This document shows positions 11,795-24,359 of a DNA stretch of 64,000 nt, in pieces. The translations under genes were made by a program, and so were the position numbers. The notes beneath the pieces are model-generated. The model was given only the letters and a program-made list of their open reading frames with translations. It did no database searches and was not told the origin of the DNA. The stretch is from Octopus sinensis (Eukaryota). The stretch is taken from positions 71,300,001 through 71,364,000 of the forward strand of contig NC_043006.1 in assembly GCF_006345805.1 (NCBI RefSeq), written 5' to 3'. Within the stretch, counting starts at the first letter, position 1. The number at the start of each line of letters is the position of its first letter.

Positions 11795-12980
11795 GTTAAT
11801 CCAAACAAGAAAGCACAAAAAAAACACAACGCGAGGACGTGGAACAAATATAGTATTACTGGACGCTCAGGAAAGAAGGGGGGTTTAACGTTTTGAGTGG
11901 AGCTCTTCGTCGGAAACATAGGAGAAGGGAAGACAGGAAAAAAATATATATATATATCATTTTGGGATTTGGTTTGCAAGATTCTTTATATGAGTTCGTG
12001 TGTTGAAGCATATTCTGTTGTGTCTGGGGAGAGTCGTTTTCTTTTTGTGCCTTATAATGTAACACACTCACCGGTAAAATTTCCACTTATTTCTTATTTT
12101 TATTTTCCTAAACTTTTCATTGTGTATTGCAACCTTTTCAATGGTCTTGACTCTATCCATTATTTACACTGCGTTCCTTTTTGTTTATTTGTGCGCATGT
12201 GTGTGGGTCAGTGTGTACCTATGCATGTACATATGTATGTACACATGTGTATGTATGTATATATGTGTGTGTGTGCATGTGTATGTATGTATCCTGTATA
12301 TTCATGTGCTTGCATGTCTGTGTTTGTGTATTTTCTATGTATGTGTGTGTGTGAGTGGGTGTTTGTATATGTACGCACCTCTGACTCCTTGTGTGTGTGT
12401 TATGCAACTATGTACCATGTTTGCATGTATGGATGTGCATCTCTATATGTGTGGATCCGTGTCTCCATATGTGTCCTTGTGTGGAGTAAAGTGTGTGTGT
12501 ATATATGGTCATGTGTGTCAATCTCCATTTGTGTATGTGTGCTTGTCTGTTCTTATAACTTATGTACCTATCCGTCTGTATGTTGATCTGTTTATTTTCA
12601 TATCCATATGCTCACATAAAAAAAAAAAATATATGTGCATACACTCACACCCACACACACACACACATACATACAGCTATCTACATAAATCTACATAACA
12701 GTTCACTAACTATTCTACTCTACCTGTGTAAACTGTGGGTATGGAGGTATTATATCTACCATGTATATTTCCTATTTAGTATTGGAAAGGTTTCATTTAT
12801 AAGGACATACTCCTGTGTTGGGTCTTTTGGGTGCTTGGATAAGATGCAGATGTCAAGTTGACCCAAGTTGCCTCCATGGTGGTCTTTGGCATGTTGGTAG
12901 AGTATGGAGGACTGTTTTTTGTCGTCATATTGTCTCAGATGTTCATTTATTTGTTCCGCATTGTGGAACGAATAAATGAA
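11795..12980 (-). mobile_element. 3' end of a Penelope-like element: GIY-YIG C-terminal remnant, CA-rich spacer and terminal repeat with a degenerate hammerhead
   Basis: The minus strand reads INEHLRQYDDKKQSSILYQHAKDHHGG...EYVLINETFPILNRKYTW* (about 12950 down to 12756), which resembles the end of a GIY-YIG domain. A hammerhead-like GTTT-CCGACGA-AGAGCTCCACTC-AAAACGTT-AAAC lies at 11917-11884. The element ends in (TA)n. Confidence 0.55.
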
Positions 12981-13521
12981 CTGAAACCCGAGTGTCTTTT
13001 TGGTCAGCTGAAAGTAATTTTGGCACAAACTTGGCAGTCACGTATCCCATACCCAAATCTTTAGTGATAATGGACTGAACTGAACCGTAACTAATCTGTA
13101 CATCCTCTGATAACTCATGGATGGTGATTCAACGATTTCACTTCACAGCTGCATGCACATCTGCAATGCTTTTCTCAGTTCTGCTGGTTGCGGGTCTCTC
13201 AGAATGTTCATTGCTATCAATATTTTTTGGCCATCTTGGAAATGTCTGAACCGCTCATACACTCTGAGCAGGTATCACCAAGCTTTTGGCAAAATTTGAT
13301 GCAGATTCTCTGCTTATTTTTCTCTATTATGGTCAGTGCAATGATCACATACTACACACATTCCTTCCAATCACAGCTGTAAGCAGCAAAAGTGAGCTAT
13401 AACGTTTAAATTTATATGCACAGCAGAGTTCAAGGTCAATCTGTGCCAAGTGGCTTTACTCTGCATGCTTTAGCTTCATTACTATAGCAGCAGTCTGGAT
13501 ACTTTTGACCATACCACGTGT
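12981..13521 (-). mobile_element. 5' part of a decayed mariner transposon
   Basis: The minus strand gives QRICIKFCQKLGDTCSE...ITIHELSEDVQISYGSVQSIITKDLGMGYVTAKFVPKLLSADQKDTRVSV, a mariner HTH region with stops and frameshifts. A TIR-like end (CACGTGGTATGGTCAAAAGTATCCAGACT) abuts (TA)n. Confidence 0.8.
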
Positions 13522-13531
13522 ATATATATAT

Positions 13532-13563
<32 letters not shown>

Positions 13564-13573
<10 letters not shown>

Positions 13574-15605
13574 TATTAGAGACAAAACCACTATTTTGCA
13601 AAACAAACAAGGAAAGACTTAATCAATACATATTATTGGAGTGTTTATGTATATGAGATTGTGTGTGAGTTTTTAGTTGTATAATTTATTTATCTGTATG
13701 AGTGTGGGTGTGTAAATATTGTTGTATATATCGAGTTTAGTGAGTATGTATATGCGTATATGTGAGGGAGTATATGTATCTGTTGTGTGTGTGTGTTTTG
13801 CGTGTGTGTGTGTTTGTGTGTGAATGTGTATATGGGTTTGTTATTTAGGTTTTGGGATGTATGTGTTAATTTGTCTGTGTGGGGAGGGAGTGGGTTTTTG
13901 GTGTATATTGAGGTTTATAAGTTAGTATAGGTATGTGTATAAGTCGTGGGTCTGTGGTTTACGTGTGTGTTTTTTGTGTGTGAATGTTTAGGTTAGGGGG
14001 ATTGCTATATAGGTTTGTTATAGAGTTTAGCAAAGGGAGATTTTATCGTTATATGTTTTTAAGAGTTTTGGTTTATCATGGTTTTTTTTAGGGAATTCGT
14101 GGTAATTTGTCTATTTTCGATGTTGGTTGTTTTATTACATTGTTTCATTCATAATTTTTGAGTGGTGTTCGTTTTGCCACGTGAATATTATTTTTAATTC
14201 CATTTATTCCATTTCTCCATTCATTATTTTAAAAGATGTTCGTTTCCAGAGCGGTTATACTTTTTATACATATGTTAAGTTCCTTGGTAAAGTAATTTTG
14301 TTTGGTGTATATGTTGAGGCGTATATGTACTTGTGGGTGTGTGTGAGTGGGGTGGGTGTTTGTATTTGTTATGGGTGTGTGGTTTACGTGTGTGTATTTG
14401 TGTGTGAATGTATAGGTTAAAGGGATTCCTATATAAGTATGTTATAGTGTTTAGTAAAGGGAGGTTTTATCATTTTTGTTTTGTGAGTTTTAGCTTATCA
14501 TGGTAGTTTTATAAAAGAATCCATTCATAATTTTTGTGTTTATTTGTCTGTGTGGGGTTGAGTGGGTTTTTGGAGTATATGTTGAGGTTTATATGTATGT
14601 ATAGGTATGTGTAAGTGGTGTGGGTATTTGTATATGTCGTGGGTGTGTGGTTTACGTGTGTGTATTTGTGTGTGAATGTTTAGGTTAGGGGGATTGCTAT
14701 ATAGGTATGTTATAGAGTTTAGTAAAGGGAGATTTTATCATTATATGTTTTTATGAGTTTTGGTTTATCATGGTAGGTTTGTTAAGGAATTCATAGTAAT
14801 TTGTGTCTATTTGCGATGTCTGTTGTTTTATTGCATTGTTTCATTCATATTTTTAAGTAGTGTTAGTTTTACCAAGTGAATATATTTTTAATTCCATTTA
14901 TTCCATTTCTCCGTTCATAATTTTAAGTGATGTCCGTTTTCTAGAGCGTGAATGTGGGTTGTATGTGTGTGTGTGTGGGAGTATGAATAAGTATTGTGTT
15001 GAAGTATTTAGCTATTTTATTTATTTATAGTTGCCTAGACGTTTTTATGTGTATGTATAGGGATATATATATAGGTGTGTGATTTAGTGTATGTAGTTAG
15101 ATATGGTTATATATAATTAGGTATATGTGTATGGGTGTATATATAGTTATTATTATATTATTATTATTTTTTTGTTTTGTTTTATATTTTATATTTTATA
15201 TTTTATATTTTATATTTAATTGTTGATAGGTTTATTTTAGTTTATATATTGTTTATATATTGATTATATATGGATTATATATAGGTTATATATGGATTAT
15301 ATATTTACATTTTTTCATTCATACTTTAATTATTTTAAAATTATTATTTTTATATTTTAAAATATTGATATTTTAGATTGGAAGTCCACCTGAAGATTGT
15401 CGATCAAGACAAGAAACAATTGTAGTGGCGGTTTTTTTGACTATTTATTAAAATTTTATGTATTGATTAAGTCTTTCCTTGTTTGTTTTGCAAAATAGTG
15501 GTTTTGTCTCTAATAATATTTTATAATATTTTACTATAAAATTGGATTTAATCCTAAATCTGATTTTTTCCCTGTAAATTTGGATTTATTCCCTAATATT
15601 TATTA
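13564..15605 (-). mobile_element. Penelope-like remnant with inverted terminal repeat and internally triplicated body
   Basis: Perfect 69-bp inverted repeat 13564-13632 / 15457-15525. The + strand is strongly T/G-biased. Duplicated blocks at about 13865-14265, 14310-14520 and 14540-14950 give minus translations with weak PLE linker-like motifs (IP..TYH, Y.NPPNL). Hammerhead at 15386. (TA)n on both sides. Confidence 0.6.
15386..15428 (+). ncRNA. Minimal type I hammerhead ribozyme motif in a Penelope-like terminal repeat
   Basis: CCAC-CTGAAGA-TTGTC-gatcaa-GACAA-GAAA-C-aatt-GTA|GTGG. Both core boxes are intact, with a 4-bp helix I, a 5-bp helix II, a palindromic helix III (ACAATTGT) and a GUA cleavage triplet. 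Confidence 0.75.
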
Positions 15606-16118
15606 TTATATATATATATATATATAAATAAACCATATGTAAACTAATAAAGTTTACATATGGTTTAGTGCTGTTCAATGTGGCTTTCATTTGTTGCCCT
15701 ATACAGATCTAATTGATACTCCATTCAGATAAGTGAAGGAAACTTTACAGACACACTGCGTATATCTCCCAGCCTCCATTATTTTTATGGGTAGGCAGGT
15801 CTTTTCTAGCATTGTATGCCACCAGTCATTGATCCTTTGTTATTTCTTTTGTGAAGCTCAGCATCCCTCGCTGTCTTCCTGAGTCTCCTTCTTGCTCAGA
15901 TTCCATCCACTTTGAGTATCCTACACTTTTCTATACAGTTACTACAGCTGCTAATTTCTATGCATTGCAAGCCTCTACCATTATAGTCTTCTTGCACCTG
16001 ACATCCAGTTTCCCCTACATCTAGCATTTGTGCTTCATTATTCATGTACACCAACATTACGCACATAGTGGACCATGCTCAGTTTATTTCTTGCCCTTCA
16101 TAAATCCTCTTCATTTAA

Positions 16119-16313
16119 CCCTTTTGCATTCAGGTTACTTTGTCAAATGTAATCTTTATTTATTCACATTGTTTGAATTAATCTTGTTGCGTAGAGATTT
16201 CAATGAGTTACCTGTTTATTTTTATAACGACATTGTAGGGCAGGTGTGAGAGGCCAGAAAATAAAACAAGTAGAATATTTAGGCTGGATATGGCTGGTTT
16301 AAATGCTAAAGGG
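16119..16313. mobile_element. piggyBac-like MITE with TTAA target duplication
   Basis: TTAA|CCCTTTTGCATT ... AATGCTAAAGGG|TTAA. Related copies at about 605-790, 1950-2140, 30980-31405 and 63667-63790. Confidence 0.8.
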
Positions 16314-16876
16314 TTAAGACCCATATTTTGCTACCCTACAACATCATACTTTGTATACAAGCATCACACTATCTACCCTTCACTCTATAAGGCAATAACT
16401 CACTGATTTTTTTTTCTATCTCATTCTTCGTCTGGTTACTATGCTTTTGAAGTACCTGCCTGTGCTGGTAATTTGATCACCTTGGTAACAAAAGCTATCA
16501 GATACAGTTAAGGAGATTTTGATCCTCATGTCAGAGAACATGTTTAAACCTCTTATGTTCAATGTTTCCTCTAATTCCAAATACCAGACGCCTAACTTCT
16601 CTTTTACCTACTTGTTATTGATCTCTGCTGCCCCCCCCCCTCTTCCAAGCTTGTCTCTTGACTTTTAATACTATAGAGTTCTACCACTACATCACTTTCT
16701 AGCTGGCTGTGACCTTATACCAGCCATAGTTCTAGTCTGTTGCCAACACAGAAATCACTTCTATTGTTATAAGTTTGATTCTATGTTATAAGTTAACATC
16801 TCTTCCATCTGTCATAAACTACATCCAGCCAAGGCCACTTTCATCTTCCTTGTCTTCCTTCTTCAAATTGCCCTTT

Positions 16877-18130
16877 CATCATCATCATTGTTTAACGTCT
16901 GTTTCCCATGCTGGCATGGGTTGGACGGTTTGACTGAGGTCTGGAGAGCTAGCAGCTGTACTAGGCTCCAATCTGACCTGGCAATATTTCTATAGCTGGA
17001 TACCCTTCCTAATGCCAACCACTCCAAGAGTGTGGTGGGTGCTTTTTATGTACCACTGACACAGGAGCCAGTCAGGTGACCTGACATTGATCATGTTCGG
17101 ATAGTGCTTTTTACGAGCCACCAGCACAGGAACCAGTTAGCGGGTACTGGCATTGGCCAGGTTCAAATAGTGCTTTTTATGTGCCACCAGCACGGGGGCC
17201 AGTCAGGCAGTCCTGGCATCGATCATGTTTGGGTAGTGCTTTTTACATGTCACCAGCACAGTAGACAGTCAGGGGTTATTGGCATTGGTCACATTCAGAT
17301 GGTGGTTTTTATGTGCCACCAGCATGGGAGTCAGTCAGCAGGACACTGGCCAGAGCTACAATATTGGTTTTACTTGACTCAACAGGTCTTCTCATGCATA
17401 TCATATCACCCAACACATCAGGAGTACTCTTAACTGGGCCAGATATGCATGGCCGCGATCTCACTTTAGTTGCTGAGTCTTCTCAATCACAACATATCTC
17501 CAAAGGTCTGTCTCCTGTCATTGCCTCTGTGCGGCCCAGTGTTCGAAGGGCCTGCTTCACCACTTCATCCCATGTCTTCCTGGGTCTAGTTCTTCCACAG
17601 ATTCCTTTCACAGTTAGGGAGTGGCACTTCCTCACACAGCTGTCTTCATCCATATGTAACACATAATCATACCAGCGCAGTTGTCTCTCTTACACACCAC
17701 ATTCGATGCTTCTTATGCCCAGCATTACTCTCAGGGGCTTACACTCTGTTGTGTATGCACACTGACATTACACATCCAGTGAATCACACTAGCTTCATTT
17801 CTTTCAAGCCTACGCATGTCCTCAGCAGTCATGGCCCATGTTTCACTGACATGTAGCATGGCAGTTCGCACTCATACATCATAGTCTACCTTTCATCCTG
17901 AGCAAGAGGCCCTTAGTTACCAGCAGAGATAGGAGCTCCCTGAACTTTACCCAGGCTATTCTTATTCTAGCTACTACACTCTCAGAGCAATCCCTCCCAC
18001 TACAGACTTGGTCACCTAGGTAGCGGAAGCTATTAACTACTACTCGTTTCTCCCCCTGGTATTTGATGGAATCTGTTTTCTGTACATCTTCAGTGTTTAT
18101 TGCCCCTGTACATCTGTCACACACAAAAGC
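16877..18130 (-). mobile_element. RTE LINE 3' end (ORF terminus + 3' UTR with a minisatellite of about 65 bp + (GAT)n tail)
   Basis: The minus ORF 17879-18124 contains NSFRYLGDQV...VVARIRIAWVKFRELLSLL. It continues through GRPRKTW-like sequence into the UTR and tail at 16877. Confidence 0.85.
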
Positions 18131-18639
18131 CTACCTTTTAATGTGCTTACATTTACTGTACCAACTCTGAAAACTGGGAAAGAGATATGAGAGGTAACAG
18201 CATCTGAAAAGAAGGTTCCCATGATCATTTGGTAACAGAAGTCATAATAGTTGTTCTTACTTTTAACCTACCTTCATTCAAACATGTTAGAATTGTTAAG
18301 GTTGTTGCCTCTACTGGGGGGGGGGGAGTAAGGAAGCATTTTATATGAAAGTGTTTGGGTATTGTGTCATTTGGGGCATTAATTGTCTTTCTGTTGTAAT
18401 CGCTAATCCATTTTGGACATTACATTGTTCATGTGGGAACGAGTTTGGTATCTACAACTATCTACCTACCCTTTTCTTTGAGAGAATAAAGTCTGTCTGT
18501 TTGCTTGCCTGATCAGGTGACTGGCCTGTTTTGTTGAGCTCATATTGCTTCAGGAGGTTCATGAAATTAGCTCATTTGCATCCCAGAAATCCAGGAGCCA
18601 TGATTCTTTCCCCATTCCTTTTACCATAGCTTCAGCCAA

Positions 18640-18945
18640 CATATACTCCAGAGAACGCTTCCTGATATTAGTTTCAAAACTCCTTGTAACACCAAAAATG
18701 AACTGGAGGCAAGGATTATGGCAGCATTCACCAACTTAAATGAGGAAACCATCCAGAAGAGTTACAGGAGATTCCAAAGTTGTCTGGAGGCTTTTGTTTA
18801 AGCCAATGGCGATTTTATTGAATAAATTTACTGTCTAGTATTTCAAGATATTTTTATGTAATTTTGGTGAATATATCTGTTAAAATGAGATGTCAGTGTT
18901 ATTTTCATTTTGTATAATTTAGATGAGTTTATTCACTACACCCTG
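18640..18945 (+). mobile_element. 3' remnant of a maT/Tc1-mariner element ending about 38 nt upstream of the DUSP19 acceptor
   Basis: Translates as NTKNELEARIMAAFTNLNEETIQKSYRRFQSCLEAFV*ANGDFIE*, homologous to the end of 22004-23051. Terminal CACCCTG|TA. Confidence 0.65.
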
Positions 18946-18984
18946 TATATATATATATATATGTTTGTAAATACCTTTTTCAGA

Positions 18985-19213
18985 ATGGCTCAAAATCTTA
19001 CCAAACTTCATTCCGAACTACGGAAGTTCCAGAAAGATGAACTAAAAAAGACAGAAACTCGAATCACAACTCCAGGTGGTCAAATATATACAGAAAATAA
19101 AGATGCAGCTGGACGTTTGACCACAACTATGACAAATCATGGGCGGTGGGGGTTTGTTGGAGATTTAAGGGCTGACCTTCAAGTTGGAGAAATACGGAGA
19201 GGTCTCGTTTTAG
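18985..19213 (+). CDS. DUSP19: Dual-specificity phosphatase 19-like, first coding exon (MAQNLTKLHSELRKFQKDELKK...GFVGDLRADLQVGEIRRGLVL-G)
   Basis: Acceptor TTTTTCAG ends at 18983 and the ATG follows 1 nt later. There are 76 codons + 1 nt, then donor G|GTAAGC at 19214. The translation matches the DUSP19 N-terminus pattern as I recall it (...RVTT...G(Y/F)V.DL..DLQVG.I...L.LG). Confidence 0.9.
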
Positions 19214-19344
19214 GTAAGCGTCATAGTTTTCATATTTGTTGATCATGTTTCTATATTTTGTACTGTATGCAATGTTGTTGTTCTTGTTACTTAACCCCAG
19301 GTAGCCATCATCTCATCAACATCATTTTAATGGAGTTTAAAGAA

Positions 19345-19760
19345 CACCTTTTGAGCGTTGGGTTTCACAAAGGCAAAGTGGCTGAGTTCCTTTTGAGTGA
19401 TGGGCCTCCAAAGGCAAAGTGGTTGAGTTCCTATCGAGCATTGGGTCTCATGGAGGCAAAGTGGTTAGGTTCCTTTCGAGTGTTGGGCCGCACATAGACA
19501 ATGACCAAGACCTTTGGCATTATGTTGTGCTTGAGAAGAAGACCCATGAAGCCAAGCAAAATCACAGTCGTGGCAGACACTGGTGTCATGCAAATGGCAC
19601 CCATTACACTCTCAGAGGGGTTGGTGTTAGGAAGGGCATCCAGTTGTAGAAAACCATGCCAAATCAGACTGGAGTCTGGTGCAGCCTTCCAACGTGCCAG
19701 CCCAGTCAAACCATCCAACCCATGCCAGCATGGACAATGAACGTTAAATGATGATGATAA
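19345..19760 (+). mobile_element. RTE LINE 3' UTR fragment with about four tandem units of about 42 bp
   Basis: Four CCTTTYGAGYRTTGGG...GGCAAAGTGG units are followed by the shared GTTAGGAAGGGCATCCAG...CCATGCCAGCATGG...GATGATGAT tail. Confidence 0.75.
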
Positions 19761-19944
19761 TGGCAGACTTTCTACAACCAGATGGCCTTCCTATCACACA
19801 TCCTTACCTATTTTTAAGCACAGTAATATTTTCCTGATGGCCAGACATGTTTTTGCAAAACAACATTTGATTACAATAATCATGCAATGTCACGGCAAAG
19901 TGATACAAGTATACACTCGATCACACACACGCACACACATCAAT

Positions 19945-21750
19945 GTCTGGTGTAGCAGCACCATAGTCAACTGCTACAAAAGTAAAAGTGACGCCTTAAA
20001 TAAAAATAATTGTAGAGGTATCAAATTGTTGGATCAGGTGATGAAAGTTATGGAGAAGGTCATAGCCCAACTAATTAGGGAGTGAATTAGTCTAGATGAG
20101 ATGTTGTTTGGCTTTGTGCCAGGAAGAAGCAGGAGAAATCCCTAGCCAAAGATAAACCTCTGTACTTGGCTTTTGTTGACTTGGAGAAAGTCTTTGACAG
20201 GGTCCCCCGATCCCTTATCTGGTGGTCAATGCGGAAACTAGGGATAGATGAGTGGTTGGTGAGAGCTGTACAAGACATGTACAGGGACATGTAAGGTGAG
20301 GGTTGGCAACAAGTACAGTGAAGAATTTGGGGTACAAGTAGAGGTTCACCAAGGATCAGTCCTCAGCCCCTTCTTGTTCATCATAGTCCTCTAGGCAACT
20401 CAAGACAGGCTGCCCCTGGGAGCTCCTCTATGCTGATGACCTTCTTAAAGCTGAATCACTACCAGAACTAGTGAAGAAGTTCCAGGTATGGAAGCAAGGT
20501 CTAGAATCGAAGGGCCTTAGAGTTGACCTAACTAAAACCAAAGTCCCAGTGCGTAGGAAGGCAGACAAATCACAAATCCCTTCAGGTAGATGACCCTGCT
20601 CAATCTGTAGGAAAGGTGTAGGTAGAAACTCCATAAGATGTACCCAGTGTAAGCTTTGGACACATAAGAAGTGCAGCAATATCAGAGGAAGGTTAACAGA
20701 GAAAATAGCTTTTGTGTGTGGAAAATGCACAGGTATAAATAAACACTGAAAATGTACAGAAAATAGACTCCATCAACTGCCAGCAGGGTAAGCTAGAGGT
20801 AGTAGATAGCTTCTGTTATCTAGGCGACCAAGTTAGTAGCTGAGGTGGATGCTCCAAGAGCGTAGCTGTGAGAATAAGATTAGGCTGGGCAAAGTTCAGA
20901 GAGCTTCTACCTCTAGTGATAATTAAGGGCCTCTCTCTCGGAGTGAAATACAGATTGTATAATGCCTGTATGCAAACAGCTATGCTACATGGCAGTGAAA
21001 CATAGGCTGTGACAGCCAAGGACATGCATAGGCTTGAAAGAAATGAAGCCAGTATGCTTCGCTGGATATGCAATGTCAGTGTACATGTTCAACAAAGTGT
21101 AAGCATCTTGAGAGAAAAGTTGGGCATAAGTGGCATGCAAGGCAGATGACTGCACTGGTATGACCATGTGATGTGTATTGACGAGGACAGTTGCGTAAAG
21201 AAGTGCCAATCTCTAACTTTGGATGGAATCTGTGGTAGAGGTAGACACAGGACAAGGTGGGGAAGCATGGTCTTTGAACTTTGGGCCACACAGTGGCAAT
21301 GACTAGTGACTGAGACCTTTGAGAAGGCCCATCAAGCCAAGTGAAATCATAGTCATGGCTGACACTAGTGTGACACAAATGGCATACATGTTGGCGGCAC
21401 ATAAAAGGCACCTTTCGAGTGTTGGGCCTCATGGAGGCAAAGTGGCTGAGCTCCTTTCAAGTGTTGGGCCTCACGGAGGTAACAACCAAGACCTTTGGCA
21501 TTGTGTTGTGCTTGATAAGAAGACCCATCAAGCCAAGTAAAATCGCAGTCATGGCAGACACCACTGTCACACAAATGGCACATAAAAACACCCATTACAT
21601 TCTTGGAGTGGTTGGTGTTAGGAAGGGCACCCAGCCATAGAAACCATGCCAAATCAGACTGGAGTCTGGTGTAGCCTTCCAGCATGCCAGCCCTGGTCAA
21701 ACTGTCCAACCCATTCCAGTTTGGACAACAGATGCTAAATGATAATGATG
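19945..21750 (+). mobile_element. 5'-truncated decayed RTE LINE (RT, Cys-rich insert, 3' UTR, tail)
   Basis: Motifs in order are NCRGIKLL, YLAFVDLEKVFDRVP, HQGSVLSP, PWELLYADDL (YADD at 20429-20440), CSICRKGVGRNSIRCTQCKLWTHKKCS, YLGDQV. Several stops and frameshifts. Confidence 0.92.
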
Positions 21751-21911
21751 ATAATACAGAATCTCCCAAAAAATGTGTACACACTTCAGGAAAGGAAACA
21801 TCTGTATAAATATTTAACTTGTAGAAATACTCGTATAAATATAAATACCTCTTTCAATGTTTTATCGAACTGCAATAACACAGAATATATACATATATAT
21901 ATATATATACA

Positions 21912-23176
21912 CAGAGTGCATAAGGTATTTGAGGACATACCTTTTTGAGATTATTGCTGCATTTTTTGCTAACTCTGTATAATCTTTGTTTCAAAAAATA
22001 ATAATGGCAGACCCTCAGCTTACTCAAGAAATGAAGAGGCAAGCTGTTATTGTCATTATAAAGGCTGAGCATAGCGATTTAGAAATATCTTGATTTTTAA
22101 AAGTTGCCAGATCTTTCATCTACAAAGTTTGTAAGGAACTAGAGATTGAAGAGGGAAACATACCACCAGTATCAAAGCATAAAAAGCATTCTAAATACTC
22201 TGAAATCATCAGAACACCTGAATTTATCCAGCAAGTTCAACAGACCGTTGATTACAATCCTAGAGAATCCATGAGATTAATTGCAAAAGCTCTCCATGTG
22301 TCAGAAGGAACAGTCAGAAATGTTGTCCACAAAGCAATCAGATATGTCTTATATGATGAGTAAAGGTTAATTTGTGAGAAAAAGCACAAGAAAATCACTA
22401 CATCAGATCTAAAAGGCTCTTAAACAAACTGAAAAATCCAGCAGAAAAAGGTTTGATTTGGTTTTTTCTCAAACGTGAACAACTTCGACCAAGATCAAAA
22501 AGTTAACTGAAGAAATGACAGATGGTTATGTGCAGACCCCTCTGAAGTTCCAAGTGTTATTTATGCATACACAATTTCCTGTAACTATATGGTTTTAGGG
22601 GTTGTCAACAACGAAGGACATGTGATGCCTCTTTACTTCTTTCCACAAGGCCTTAGAGTTAACTCTGCTGCCTACATTGAGGTCCTGGAAATAATTGTTA
22701 AGCCCTGGATAGACAGTGTATGCAATGGAAGGCCATGTGTTTCAGTAAGACTCCGCACTATCACACATGGCTCTAGTAACACAGGAAAGGATGGTTGAAA
22801 ATTTTCATGATCACATAACCCCTAACATTTGGCCTCCTAATCCCCCAGATCTCAATCCATTGGACTATTACATGTGGAGTGTTGTTGAGAAAGAGGTCAA
22901 TGAACATGCCCATAACACCAAAGATTCTTTGAAAGCTGCCATAGTCAGAGTAATGTCCAAAATCAACCAGGACCACTTGATTCGAGCATGTAGATGATTT
23001 AGATCTCATATAGAAACAGTTGTTGAAGCTGAAGGTGGCTTTATTGAATAACATTATAGAAAAGAAGGTCTATTTTTATCCCCATAGCATTTTTTGATAA
23101 ATAAAGTTATTATCTGTTATTATATATCTGCTTTTTTTTAAACATGTATCTGTCTTCAAATATCTTACGCATCCTA
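21912..23176 (+). mobile_element. Full-length but inactivated maT (DD37D) transposon; transposase pseudogene 22004-23051
   Basis: 26-bp imperfect TIRs (CAGAGTGCATAAGGTATTTGAGGACA). FQ*DSA...WPPNPPDLNPLDY has 37 residues between the second and third Asp. Internal stops and frameshifts. Confidence 0.88.
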
Positions 23177-23399
23177 TATATATCCAGGGTGTGATGGGTA
23201 AATTGCCACCATTTTATATTTTTGATTTCATGCAAGCGCATTGTTTGTTTTCCCATTTGTCAACAACAGGCATAGGCGTGGCTGTGTGGTAAGAAGCTTG
23301 CTTCTCAACCACATGGTTCTGGGTTCACTCCCATTGTGTGGCACCTTGAGCAAACCTTGTTAGTGGATTTGGTGTGTCTTTGTGTATTTATACATATAT

Positions 23400-24033
23400 A
23401 TATATATATATTATATATATATATATACACACTCACATATAGGAACAGGTGTGGCTGTGTTGTAAGAAACTTGGTTCCAAAACACATGGTCCTGGGTTCA
23501 GTCCCACTGTGTGGTAACTTGGCATGTGTCTTCTGCTATAGCCTTAGACCAACCAAAGCCTTGTGAATGGATTTCGTAGACAGAAACTGAAAGAAATCAA
23601 ATGTATGTGTATGTATATATATATATATATATAGATAGATATAGATAGATATAGATAGATAGATAGATAGATATATATAGATAGATAGATATATAGATAG
23701 ATAGATAGATAGATATATATATAGATAGATATAGATAGATAGATAGATAGATATATATTTATTTATATATGTGTGTGTGTATCTGTATGTGTGTCTGTCT
23801 TTCTCCCTCATCACTGCTTTACAACTGCTGTTGGTTTATTTACATCCCCATAACTTACTGGTTTGGCAAAGAGAAACTGATAGAAGTACCAGGCTTATCA
23901 AAATAAAAAAAAAACCTCTGGGGTCGATTCATTCGACAAAAAATTCTTCAAGGCAGTGTCTCATGATGTTGTTTTTTTTCACTCAATTGCATCTATCATT
24001 CTATCTTTCTGTATGTGTGTGTGTATGTATGTA

Positions 24034-24089
<56 letters not shown>

Positions 24090-24328
24090 ATATATATATA
24101 ATATATATATATATACACTCACATATAGGAACAGGTGTGGCTGTGTTGTAAGAAACTTGGTTCCAAAACACATGGTCCTGGGTTCAGTCCCACTGTGTGG
24201 TAACTTGGCATGTGTCTTCTGCTATAGCCTTAGACCAACCAAAGCCTTGTGAATGGATTTCGTAGACAGAAACTGAAAGAAATCAAATGTATGTGTATGT
24301 ATATATATATATATATATATAGATAGAT

Positions 24329-24359
<31 letters not shown>

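Noticed and set aside
11897-12861. Long ORFs (229, 192 and 99 aa) rich in C/V/M/Y
   Set aside because: They are translations of (TG)/(TA) cryptic microsatellite with no splice or homology support.
12756-13028. 90-aa ORF as a single novel protein
   Set aside because: It is a chance read-through from an out-of-frame mariner fragment into a GIY-YIG remnant.
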